From the NCBI RefSeq assembly GCF_009914755.1, contig NC_060934.1: a stretch of DNA of 64,000 nucleotides, one strand, 5' to 3'. Positions 52,449-64,000 of the stretch are shown piece by piece (the first letter of the stretch is position 1; every line of letters starts with the position of its first letter). The stretch is from the human T2T-CHM13v2.0 reference genome, Homo sapiens. A model generated the notes under the pieces. The model had not been told where the DNA came from. It saw nothing but the letters and a program-made list of their open reading frames with translations, and did not search any database. The position numbers and the translations under genes were made by a program.

Positions 52449-52910
52449 GCAAGGAGACCCCAAAAAAGCATAAAAAAGACTCCAGGAGCTTACCAGAAAA
52501 CATGTTTTGGATTTTAAAATGTAGTACATATAAACTAAATGTAAAAAATGTGCCAAAGTACAGAGAAAAAAAAATTGAGATGAAAATCGGGGGAAAGAGA
52601 AGACACTTGAAGGACAGCTCTGGGAGACCTCGTAGTGGATAAACAGGATTTCCAGAAGCGGACAAAAACATTGTAATGCACTAACAGGGACTGTGTTTAC
52701 CATCCTGCCTTAAGCAACTGGAACGCCAGCCAAAATGCATGAAACTGATTTCAGACACTGAATAACAGAAGCACAGGACTTCCAGGTTCATGTGAGAATG
52801 CCCTTGCTAAGATTATAGATTATTACTAGGTCTCAACTGGCTCAACCCTTGACTACACATCTTTTTAGTATTCCTTGTGACCAAATGGGAAATATACTCT
52901 GCTGAGCACC

Positions 52911-53316
52911 TGTTAAATCAAGTTCAGCCTAAAGCTGCCTCCTTTATGAACTTACATATTTTACGTTTGGCCTAATGATTTCTCTTTACATCGTGAGCTA
53001 TAACAAGTGGAGGTGTAACCAGATTGCAGCCTACACTTGTGCCAATCACCGAGTTTTGGGCAATTAGATGTAACCAACTGTTTGAACCTTGTTCAAAGAA
53101 GGCAAATGCCAAGCTGTAACCAATGCAACTGTTTCTGGGCCTCACTTCCTTTTCTATACGTCACTTTCCTTCCTCTGTTCATAAATCTTCTTCCACCTTG
53201 TGGCTGTGCTGGAGTCTCTGAGCCTACTCTGGCTTTGGAGGCTGCCCGATTCATGAATTGTTCATGGCTCAATTAAACTCCTTTAATTTAATTTGGTTGA
53301 AGTTTTTCTTTTATTC
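52911..53316 (+). mobile_element. MER57-type ERV1 solo LTR
   Basis: TGTTAAATCAAGTTCAGCCTAAAGCTGCCTCCTT...CTCAATTAAACTCCTTTAATTTAATTTGG; 4-bp TSD CACC. Confidence 0.8.
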
Positions 53317-53320
53317 CACC

Positions 53321-54080
53321 AAAGCACTGTGGTTGTTTCAAGGAAAGGCATTTAGACAATTGTTTGCATCTCAAGCTGAACAAGTCACTTTTTCAATAGA
53401 GCTTTATTTTTACTGGAGAGAACAATTGACAGACATTTAAACCTGGGAGAATACGTGTTTATCTGCTGACCTTCTCTCCACTATTATCCTATGACCCTGC
53501 CACATCCCCCTCTCCGAGAAATACCCAAGAATGATCAATAAATACTAAAAAAAAAAAAAAAAAAAAAAAAAAAAGAATGTACAAACAAAAAAAAATAATA
53601 CTCCCTTGTGGGCTGGTAATAAACACTGGGATGCAGACTGAAAAAAGAAAAGAAAAGAAAAGAAAAATTTAGGAGAGCTAGTTCATAGATTTCAAGGTAA
53701 GTTGTTTATGCTTTCCAAAAATTTTAATTAAGCAGTCTAGATATTCTGATGTCCTCTGTTACTGAAAATTACTTTTGTTGCCAAATGTCTGTGTGCATAT
53801 AAATGTGGATGTGGGGTTGCTGCAGTAGAGAACTTTTCATTTCTTTATGGACTGTAGCAGAGTTTCCACTTGAAAGTAATGTCCACAGGAGAATATAATA
53901 TTTCAAGAACTCAAATAAAATAAAGTCTTACGGGTCACCTAAAAAAAAAAAACCTGAGTGAATAGCAGACATTTTCTCATTTCAAGGAAAACAACTGACA
54001 CTATGTGTTGCCAGTGATGCAATTTCAGCTTTCAAGAGAAAGTTATCATTTTGGAAAATTTGTCTCAGCCACTGTGGTCT
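53321..54080 (+). mobile_element. Charlie1-like hAT transposon fragment, split by the SVA insertion
   Basis: TCAAGGAAAGGCATT...GAACAATTGACAGACA before and GCAGACATTTTCTC...CAAGGAAAACAACTGACA after the insert. Confidence 0.6.
53454..53949 (+). mobile_element. 5'-truncated SVA (SVA_A-like SINE-R end) with serial 3' transductions
   Basis: CGTGTTTATCTGCTGACCTTCTCTCCACTATTATCCTATGACCCTGCCACATCCCCCTCTCCGAGAAATACCCAAGAATGATCAATAAATACT-A28 is followed by two non-SVA segments, each ending in AATAAA plus an A-tail. TSD AAACCTG(G/A)G(A/T)GAATA. Confidence 0.88.
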
Positions 54081-54163
54081 CACTCAAGAAGAAATAGATA
54101 ATGTGAATAAACCTTATATTTGTTAATGAAATTGAATGTTTTGTTTAAAATCTTCCCATGGAT

Positions 54164-54408
54164 GGCCGGGCGCAGTGGCTCACACCTGTAATCCCAGCCC
54201 TTTGCGAGGCCATGGCAAGTAGATCACTTGAACTCAGGAGTTCAAGACCAGCCTGGCCAACATGGTGAAACCCCATCTCTACTAAAAATATAAAAATTAG
54301 CCAGACGTTCTCACTGGAACCCAGGAGGCAGAGGTTGCAATGAGCCGAGATCATTCCACTCTACTTCAGTCTGGGTGATAGAGCAAGACTCTGTCTCAAA
54401 AAAAAAAA
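54164..54408 (+). mobile_element. AluS with internal deletion, in an old L1 ORF2 fragment
   Basis: Degenerate TSD AAAAT(C)TTCCCATG. Confidence 0.85.
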
Positions 54409-54623
54409 TTTCCCATGAATACAACTTCAAGCTTGCATAGCTTCATTAGAAAATTCTACCAAATATTCTGCTGTATAAAATGGCCCTCATTTTAGAGAAA
54501 AAATAATATCATTTCTACAAAACTCTTTCAGAAAATAGAAGGAGAGCTAACACATCTCTATTCCTACTCATTTTATGAGACCATTATTACCCTAATGCCA
54601 AAGACTATTTAAAAATTGGGGTT

Positions 54624-54928
54624 GGCAGGGCTTGGTGGCTCACACCTGTAATCCCAACACTTCAGGAGGCCAAGGCAGGAGAAATTCTTGAGCCCAGAAG
54701 TTCAAGACCAGCCTGAGCAACATGGCAAAACCCCGCTCCTACCAAAAAATACAAAAATTAGCTGGGTATGGCGGCACACACCTGTAGTTCCAGCTACTCG
54801 GGAGGCTAAAGCAGGAGGATCATTTCATCCCAGAAGGTTGAGGCTGTTCTGAGCTGTGATCGCACCACTGCGCTCCAGCCTGGGTGACAGAGGGAAACCC
54901 TGTCTCAAAAAATAAATAAGTAAATAAA
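54624..54928 (+). mobile_element. AluJ
   Basis: TSD AAATTGGGGTT. Confidence 0.9.
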
Positions 54929-55694
54929 TTTTTAGAAATTGGGGTTAGAAAAGATGCAGCATTTCCTAATAGTGACAAGTGTGAAACTCTAAAATGGATG
55001 AGAGAAGGAGAAACTGAACTCAGCATCTCTCAACACCCACGGGATGTCTTGTGAAGCGGATATTCACAGCAGAGAACTCTGAAGTTGGAAGGTCCAGGGG
55101 TTTTCCCATGCCCAGGAGTACCGGGATTCCAGTTCCCTCTGAGCCACCCCAAGGGGGAAAGAAAGGGGAGGCCTGCCCCATGATGAACAAGAAGTTCCAG
55201 GTAAAATTAGATTTAATAAAACAATTTCACTGCTTTAAAAATAAAAAAGAAGAAAGATACTGAAAACCACTGACAATGCAATCACTTATTCTTCTGAACT
55301 TGAAATACTGGTTTCTTCTTTAAGAACAAGACAAAAGAAGTGTTACTTTGCACACCGTGACGTCGTTGGTCTTTGGAACTTGTTTTCCTTTGAGGTATTA
55401 CGGTTTGGAAAACACAACAGTTCATCTGTGTGGCTTACATTCTTACTGAGTGTCTACTCTGTGTCAGGGACACAGTGTTAAGACATGCACCTTTACCTAT
55501 TGCATGGAGTTTATATTTTCAGAGTTGAAAAAAATCATTTAAAAAAGAGATCCACTATTAGCAAAGAAAAGATGGGAATGTCTTCCCACAAAATTTCTAA
55601 GTCTTAGAGTGTGAACCTGCATAGACAGGAGGCTCCAGCAGAGTGGTTTACTTTACTCATTTCCCATACACCAGCTTTAGAAAACCATAATTCT

Positions 55695-55990
55695 TTTGGG
55701 AGGATGAGGCAAGCAGATCACTTAAGGTCAGGAGTTCGAGACCAGCTTGGCCAACATGGTGAAAACCTGTCTCTACTAAAAATACAAAAATTTGGCGGCA
55801 CAGTGGCGGGCGCCTGTAATCCCAACTACTGGGGAGGCTGAGGCAGGAGAATTGCTCGAACCAGGGAGGCAGAGGTTGCAGTAAGCGGAGATCTACCACT
55901 GCACTCCAGCCTGGGTGACAGAGCAAGACTCCATCTCAAAAAAGAAAGAAAGAAAGAAGAAAGAAAGGAAGAAAGAAAGGAAGAAAGAAA

Positions 55991-56060
<70 letters not shown>

Positions 56061-56117
56061 AAGAGAGAGGGAGGGAGGGAGGGAGGGAGGAAGGAAGGAA
56101 GGAAGAAAGAAAGAAAG

Positions 56118-56180
<63 letters not shown>

Positions 56181-56201
56181 GAAAGAAAGAAAGAAAGAAA
56201 G
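55695..56201 (+). mobile_element. 5'-truncated AluS with tail expanded to ~260 bp of (GAAA)n/(GGAA)n/(GA)n
   Basis: TSD AAAAC(CA/TG)TAATTCT at 55681-55694 and 56202-56215. Confidence 0.92.
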
Positions 56202-57607
56202 AAAACTGTAATTCTAACAGTGCTTGGAATCAAAGCCAGCCCTGGACAAGACTGGAAACTGGCCTGATTGGTGTTTGGTTGATTCTTAGCCCCTGATCCA
56301 CGCCTCTCCCTTCCTCTCCCAACCTGTGCTTTGTTCCATTGCCTTCTGGCTTGACCAAGCCCCCTGCCTCTAATGGTTGAAGAAATTCCTCTTTCCATGG
56401 CATTTGGAGCTAAATCTGAGTTTCCTGAAGGCTGACAAGCCTCAAAGCAGAAAGCCTCTGCCACTGTGATTGCAGACTCCGCGACAGTGCAGTGGGAGGA
56501 AGGGTTTGAACTGTGCTCTTCGCTGAGGAACGGGCACTGCCTCCTCCCAAGACTCAAGACAGGGGACACAAGACAGAGGCACAGGTGCTCCAGGGACCTA
56601 ACACAGGAGTGCTGTTTGCCAGCCTGCATGTGGGTGGGAAGGGGAAGCTGTCCCAGCCCCCTCCGAGTTTTACTGTAGGCTCAATTATAAACCCACCTCA
56701 CACGACCTCATCCCCTCCCCAGGCTAACTGAACCAGAGCCCTTTCCTTCCCCCTTTGATGGAGATGACCAGCAAAGCCCTTGGCTTAAATGAGTTTCTCT
56801 GTTCCTCAGTGATCAGATTTGACTCTGATTTGATTTCAAATGCAGAGAACACAGATAAATCATTGTGCTGCGCTTAATAGAATTGAAGACCTTGTCTCCT
56901 GTCCACATTGTGACAGCAGAGAAGGTGGGGGCCAAGGACAGGGGAAGCAGAAACCAGTGAGGCAGAGCAAAGACTGCGTAAGTTTGTGTGGTCATCCCAG
57001 AAGGGAGAACAAGACGGTGTCCAGAGCTGCCTTTCTTCCTGCCTGCACTCGAAACCACAGCCCCACAGGGAAATCAATTCCTGCCTCCCCCAGAGACATT
57101 ATAGAGCAGAGGCGATGATTTCAGTTTCCAGGCCTCCCAGAGCCACCAGCCTGAAGCTGTTCCCCAGCCTCCACTCCAGCACATCCCTGGTTTCCTTTGG
57201 CCTCAGCCTTTGGCTACCTGTCTCCCTCCTCTTTCTGTCCAGGTTCACTACCGAATCTCAGTATTTCCTGTCTCTCAGTTTCTTCTATCTCAACTGAGGA
57301 CAGCCCATGTGACCCTGAATTAGTGCTCACTCAGACAGCCGTGGGGTCCTTAGTCATCTTTCTCTAAAATCTCAGTCTCCACCTCCTTCTAGCCCACTTC
57401 CATCCGTATTTTGGCCAAACTCCACAGCTAGGATAGGATTCCTTATGAGCTCAGTGACCTTCACTGAGGCCACTGCACCACCCAGGCTACTCTGGGGGTT
57501 GGCATGAAGGATGAGATGCAGGACTCTGTGGGTTTCATCTGTTTTCTTTTGCTGTGTCTTTTACCAAGATGTTGGTCAAGGTTCTTGGTTGCAAACTCTG
57601 GATAGCG

Positions 57608-57983
57608 GATTTGGTTTGGATACTTGTACCATTCAAGTGTCATGTTGGAATGGGATCTCCAGTGTTGAAGGTGGGGCCTAGTGGGAGATGTTTGGGTCAT
57701 GGGGTTGGATCCCTCATGAGTGGCCTGGTGCCCTCCCCGAGGTAATGAGTGAGTTCTCACTCTGTTAGTTCCTGTGAGCTGGTTGTTTAAAAGACTCTGG
57801 CACCTCCTCCTCCCCTCTCCTTTGCTCCCTCTCTCGCCATGTGACACACCTGCTCCCCCTCCGCCTCCTGCCGTGAGGAAATGCTTCCTGAGCCTGCAGA
57901 ACCAGGAGCCAAATAAACCTCTTTTCTTTATAAATTACCCAGCCTCAGGTATTCCCTTGTAGCAATGCAAAATGGACTAACAC
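57608..57983 (+). mobile_element. MSTB solo LTR nested in an older MLT1-like element
   Basis: TGGTTTGGATACTTG...TTTATAAATTACCCAGCCTCAGGTATTCC...AATGGACTAACACA. Confidence 0.85.
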
Positions 57984-59509
57984 AAGAGTTTAAACTGAAA
58001 AGGAATTTACTTAAGGATGGTAAGTAGGAGAATCATGATGGTCCACAGAGCTAGCCTCTACTCTAGGCCTCCAGGAACAATGCTCGATCGCACCGTGGGG
58101 CAACTTCTGTCACAATTCTGGGGGTCAGTGACTTAGGCAAATGGCTCTTCTGGCCGCTGCTGGGTTCAGTTAGAAATCTGCCACTGACTGTTTACCAGGC
58201 AGCTTAGATGTCCTCTACACGTCTCTCTTAGCTCTTTGGAACATTTTCTTGCAACAGCAACAGGAAAGCTCACCTGCATGGCAAGGTCCCAGTGCCTGGA
58301 GTCCCACCATTGCCACCTGGCACAGCTGCACAACACGCCCTGTGCTCCCAGGAGATCCCCTGCCCTGATGCGCAGCTGCCTTCCTGGCATGCCCACTTCC
58401 CAATCCATGTCTCACAGGGTGGGTGTGGCGTGCATCCATGTGGCGGATCCTAAGTTACATGCCTCCACCTTCATGTGAGCTTTATGGAATCTGCCCTGAG
58501 AAAGCAGGATTCCTAATATGGGAAAAGACCTGCTGACTCATGATATGGGAAACAACCAACATCTAGGGAGAATATAAAAAGACGTTGGCAGCAACCAGTG
58601 ATGAAGGCCCACTCCACCATCCAAGCCCAGCAGCCGACTGTATCGTTCAGAAAGCTGATAGCCCAGGCAGAGAAGAGGTGGCTCTGCAGACTTCCCCAGG
58701 GTCCCTGCCTCTGACTCCTGAGTTGGGTCGTCACTCAGAAGCATTCAGAAATGCCAGGATATATCTACATGTTCACTGGTGTCCCAAGGGCTGATCCTCT
58801 CCAGCACACTCTCAGAGACGGCTCCGTGACATCCTATTGATCCTCATTTCTTTCATTACCCCTCTGTAAAGAAAGCCTCTTCTGCAGTCCTGCCACACTT
58901 GAGTCCTGCACCATGGTCTGGTTTAGCCAGGGGGGCGCCTCCCAGCCCTCCCAGCCCTCCCAGCCCTCGTGTGTATCTCTGTCATTGTTCTATGAAGCTT
59001 TATGGTAAGCATCTGCTTAAGTATCTAACACCATGTCTGTCATGTGAGTTTTGCAGGGCAAGTTGGTTTCCCACTCATCACTATAACCCTAGAACCTCTC
59101 ACAGTACCCAGAGCAGAGGGTTCGCTTAGAAAATGTTTAGGGGGTGCCCCTTTCATGCTCGCAATCACTTTGATAACATGAGTTCATAGAGGGTTCCTCC
59201 ATGCCAAATGCTACAAAGGTTATACTGAGGATACGGCACTTCCAGAACTCAGGAGTGAATTCTGCGTCATCGCCCCATGCTCTAGAGAGAAGAGAAGAAA
59301 TGTATGTCTGGTCCCCTGTACAAGTCAAGCGAGGTGTAGCTTTTACAGCAAGACCAGAAGAGGGAAAAAGCTGCAGCGTCCCCATCAGCACCAGCCCTGA
59401 ATGGCCTCGGCTCTGCACAGGCCAGGGAGCCAGTAGACTTGTGATCTGACTCCAACACCAAGTGCAATTCAGCATCCCCTTGACTCCAACACTGAGTCCA
59501 ACACTGAGA

Positions 59510-59921
59510 CCATTCACATTGTTATAAAGGAATACCAGAGGCTGGATAATTTATAAGGAAAATAGGCTTATTTGGCTCATGTTCTGCAGGCTGTACAGGA
59601 AGTATGGTGCCAACATCTGCACCTTGTGAGGGCCTCAGGCTGCTTCCACTCATGGCAGATGGCAAAGAGAGCCATTGTGTCCACAGGTCACATGGCCAGA
59701 AAGGAAGCAAGAGCGAAAAGAGGAGCTTCCAGGCTCTTTTAAACAACCAGCTCTCCCATGAACGAATCGAGTGAGAACTCATTACCATAAGGAGGACAGC
59801 ACCAAGCTGTTCATGAGCATTCACCCTCATGGCCCAAACACCTCCCCCTAGGCCTCACCTCCAAACTTGGGGATCAAATTTCAACATGAGATTTGGAGGG
59901 TCAAATATCCAAATCATAGCA
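59510..59921 (-). mobile_element. MSTB solo LTR
   Basis: TATAAAGGAATACCAGAGGCTGGATAATTTATAAGG...ATCCAAATCATAGCA. Confidence 0.85.
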
Positions 59922-60350
59922 CTATACTCCAAGCTTCTCATCTCAGAGACATCAAAGCAGGGAGCTGGCAAAAACTCCTGCTCAAGTGCATGGCAAGGCA
60001 GGAAGTCCTGAGGTTGCACAGCCAAAACATGGCACCTGCTGCTGGATTCCAAGCCAATGTAGAGGGTGGTTGGTTGGATGAGCTGTAAGTTCCACGGATA
60101 AAGCTTTGTTGAAGGAGAATTGTTGAGAAGCACAACCATACAAAAATGAGAAGACTAGGAAGAGCTCCTGGGACAGACAGCCCTCTCTTTCTGCAGGTAG
60201 TCTGGCAGTGGGAGAGTCAGACAGTGGGCAGATTCCTTCAACCAGCCCATACCTCGTTCCTGGCCATGCAGAAAGCAAAATCATGGCCCCTGGATGGTTT
60301 TCTATTTATTGGCCCTTTTAATTATTTCATAAGAATTCAGTTAGACCTGA

Positions 60351-60755
60351 TGTTATAGACTGAGTCGTGTCCTCCCAAAATTCATACACTGAAGCCCTAA
60401 CCTCCAATGTGACCGTATCTACTTGAAATAGATCGTATCTATTTGAAATAGACCATATCTATTTGAAGACAGAGCTTTTAAAGGGGTAATGAAGGTTAAA
60501 TGAGATCATAAGAGTGGGTCCTAATCCAGTAAGACTGGTGTCCTTCTAAGAAAGAAAGCGACACCAGAGGTGCATGTGCAGAGGAAAGGCCACTTGAGGA
60601 CCCAGCAAGCCAAGGAGAGAGGTCTTGAGAGAAACCCACTCTGCTGGCACCTGGGACTTCCAGACCCCAGAACTGTGAAAAAAAAAAAAAAAGTGATTTC
60701 TGTTGTTTAAACTACCTGGTATTTTGTTATGGCAGAGTCCTAACGAACTAACACA
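60351..60755 (+). mobile_element. MLT1B-type LTR with an internal 20-bp triplication (60411-60467)
   Basis: GA(C/T)C(G/A)TATCTA(C/T)TTGAAATA x ~3. Confidence 0.82.
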
Positions 60756-62109
60756 CTTCGTTCCACTCATCTTCTGTGAGTTTCTCCGTGTGATTTGGGC
60801 CTGGAAATGGAAACAGACAAGTCTGGCTAACAAAATTTGTTTCATTGACCATCTATACTTCAGCATATTCCAGAAATGTTTTTTAAAGGTGTCATTTTTT
60901 AAAGTATGGCATAATGCTACCGAATCTGAAATCCAAAAACAAAATGTTAGAATTAAAAAGGAAAAAGGTTTACATGACTAATATAATTGCTTCCATGATA
61001 TTTGAATTTGGGCATCAAACTCAGCTTGAGGCTTCCTGAAGATCAAGGCAAAAGAAAAAAATTGTGTTAACAAAATTATAATCATCTGGAAAACCGGTTT
61101 GCTCTTCCAAGAGCAAACCAGTTCTTCAAGATAGGAAAGGTAAAGTTCTTCAAGGTAAAAACAAATTTTTTTCTATGATCACCAGCAGTCAATAGCATTA
61201 GACCCTTTGTCAACTAACTATCTGTGTAAGGCCTGGGAGACCCTTGAGGTCGGAGGTGGGGGAGGCTGATTAAGAGTTTCAGAAAATGAGCCTGGGTATC
61301 TTGTATCATTAATTTACTCCCTTAATAAGTTCAATCTGGACTCTTTTTCTCAACCCCCTCATTGTCAAGGTAACCCAACCCCCTTCCCCTTCCTCTAACT
61401 CCACCCAGCCCCATCCCCAATTATGTCAATGGCAGCGGGGAAAAGCGAGGGCAGGGGAGAGCAAGAGAAGCTGTGGGGAAAGGAAATTCAGCATGGAAGT
61501 GGAATAAGTCAGCCGACCCTCCCATTCTCCCACCGCCATAGCCCTGTCAGCAACACACAGAAAGCTGAAGCAAGACACAGGGAGCAGGCTGGGCACGCTG
61601 AACTCACCTTCTAGGAGTAAACTGCAGTTCACTTCACACACATCTGTGAAGTGGGCTTCATCTGTTAGACAAACTCACTAGGCTTCCATTCCTTCACTTA
61701 CGGTGACCTGGACTACATCTTCTCAACACTCATCTCTTTTCTTATCAATGCATGTGTTCATTTATTCATCAAGTATGCACCTGCCCTGGGGCTAGGATCT
61801 GGGGCTGTCATACAAGTCCACTGACGAGCTGAGTAATCCTCTCTGCCCATCACACACTCCACTCTTCTCCACTCTGCCCAGGACCCAGGGTTGATCTGAA
61901 TGGACTACACAGCAGGTGGCTTGACCCAGACTTCCAGCTGGATTTGGCTAAGATAGAGCACACGCTCTGTAAAAGTGGGCAAGTCATTTAGTTGTCTGTG
62001 CTTCATTTGTACCCACTCCTTCACGGACCTAGAGATGATGAGGTGAGGTTATTCACGTGTTCATCATTCCGCAATTATTTTTCGAGTGCCTGCTCTGTAA
62101 TTTCTAGGT

Positions 62110-62260
62110 GGGGCTGACCTTACAGGCACAGTACCTGAGCAGGTGCAGAGGGTTCCCTGTGCTTGGTTCAATGCTCTGCAGCCACTACCTTGAAAATCTT
62201 AAGAATATCCTTAACAAGAACCCCACGTTTTCATTTTGCAAATTATGTAGCTAGTTTTTC
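62110..62260 (+). mobile_element. MER53-like hAT MITE inside an L2
   Basis: GCTTGGTTCAATGCTCTGC...TTTTCATTTTGCAAATTATGTAGC. Confidence 0.65.
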
Positions 62261-62633
62261 TCCTGTATACACACTCCTAAGAGCTAGAGATACAGCAGTG
62301 AACAAAACAGACAAAAATCTTGCCTGCATGAAGCTGACATTTCTCATCTGTTAATTCATTTAACAAACACTGTGCTCATACTGTATGAGGAAGACCATTT
62401 CAGGAGGGGAGAGGTGCACAAACAGCCTAGGTGAGAAAACATTTGCATAAAGAATAGGCAAGAAAAACAGTACGACTGTCTTCTTTCCATCTTTTTCTTT
62501 TTTGTACCGTGGCACTGACTAGGACCTCCAGTATTACATTGAATAAAAGTGATGATAATAACCATTCTTGCCTTGCTCCTGATTTTAATGAGAATTCTTC
62601 TAATATTTCTCAATTTAGGTTGATGAGTTTTGT

Positions 62634-62676
62634 TGGGTTGGTGCGAAAGTAACTGTGGTTTTTGCCATTAATGTAA
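62634..62676 (+). mobile_element. Half MADE1 (Hsmar1 MITE) within an L1M fragment
   Basis: TTGGGTTGGTGCGAAAGTAACTGTGGTTTTTGCCATTA. Confidence 0.7.
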
Positions 62677-62902
62677 TTTTTTATCTTTTATTCAGTTAAA
62701 AAATTCCTTTCTAAATTTAACATTTTTTGACCAGCATTTATGTTAAATACTGTGAAAAGCTTTTCCTGTAGCTATTGAGATAAATATATCATTTTTATTT
62801 TTCTATCAGTGCATGTGATGAATTATATTTATAAATTTTTTAAAGGATTCCGAATACATATTTTTAAAAGACCCTGAATCTACAGGACCTGCTGACAGAT
62901 CA

Positions 62903-63235
<333 letters not shown>

Positions 63236-63824
63236 GAGTCAAATACAATGCCAAAAGTTTTAGCCTAGACAAGTGAGCAAATAAAATTGCCATTTATCCA
63301 AACAGGGAAGGCTATAAGAAGAAGGTTTTGTTTTCAGTGAGAGAGGGGAGTCCAGAATTAGCTCAGCTTTGTACATGTGAAATATAAGATGTCTGTTAGG
63401 TATGAAATGGAGATGTGGACCAGGCATTTGGATACATGCAGTAGAGACTGAGAAAACAAGTACTGGCTGAATACATGAACATATTAATTTGAGAGCCATC
63501 AGCATTTGTGGACATTGAAACATTCTTAAGGACCTCCATATATACAGGAGTAAGTAAATCTCAAAATTATTTGCAAAATGTTTTCCCTTCTTTTGCGTAG
63601 AAGGAAATAAGTGCTCATACAGAGTATCTATTCTATGATGTTATTCAGCAGGTCCTTTTGTTCTAGGCTTCCATAATATTCCTCACCACACATACAGGTT
63701 TATTCTGGTAGTATAGATTTTTGTCTGATAGGTTGTATTCAAGAGTCTACTGTATCTGTAAAATGTGATGAAAATTTTGCAATTTGGCCAAGCAGACCTG
63801 AAATAGAACAGGTACATGGACATA

Positions 63825-63826
<2 letters not shown>

Positions 63827-63858
<32 letters not shown>
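63827..63858. repeat. (CA)n microsatellite
   Basis: About 15 CA units. Confidence 0.92.
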
Positions 63859-63861
<3 letters not shown>

Positions 63862-63889
63862 CCACCAATTTTACTGTATGTAAATTTAA

Positions 63890-64000
63890 AATATTTTTTA
63901 TTTTATTTTTCATTGGCACATAATAATTGTACATATTTATGGGGTACAGTGTGATGTTTCAGTACATGTATACAATGTAAAATGACTACATTGGGATAAT
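63890..64000 (-). mobile_element. L1MA 3' end (continues beyond the window)
   Basis: ATAATTGTACATATTTATGGGGTACAGTGTGATGTTTC. Confidence 0.8.

Noticed and set aside
55826-56629. 267-aa ORF and the opposite 98-aa Lys/Glu/Arg-rich ORF
   Set aside because: Translations of the (GAAA)n tract and Alu, which lack stops for compositional reasons.

Overview
Primate (most likely human) genomic DNA, repeat-rich, with no intact protein-coding gene. The main feature is an unprocessed aldo-keto reductase 1C pseudogene on the minus strand (6906-20241). I can place 8 coding exons of 87/168/117/78/123/110/166/83 nt. All are flanked by GT-AG, exons 2-8 match the canonical AKR1C exon sizes, and there is no frameshift. 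The lesions I see are a CAG>TAG stop at codon 200 (exon 6), Glu in place of the catalytic Lys (K84E in AKR1C numbering), a changed YSALGS motif, and no recognisable last coding exon. The reconstructed protein resembles the rodent Akr1c15/AKR1C8-type branch more than AKR1C1-4. From memory, this and the neighbouring RPL26 retrocopy fit AKR1C7P in the 10p15.1 AKR1C cluster (not verified). The rest of the window contains a full-length RPL26 processed pseudogene, a polyadenylated 28S rRNA 3'-end retrocopy and a near full-length HSMAR2 mariner. It also has a twin-primed L1PA, many Alu/MaLR/ERV/L2/MIR/Tigger fragments, and a 5'-truncated SVA carrying what look like two serial 3' transductions. Local rearrangement signatures include a 140-bp dispersed duplication, a perfect 23-bp-stem hairpin, a palindromic 33-bp repeat and an inverted Alu junction. 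Almost all ORF-track entries are spurious. Repeat subfamily names are by eye and need RepeatMasker confirmation.
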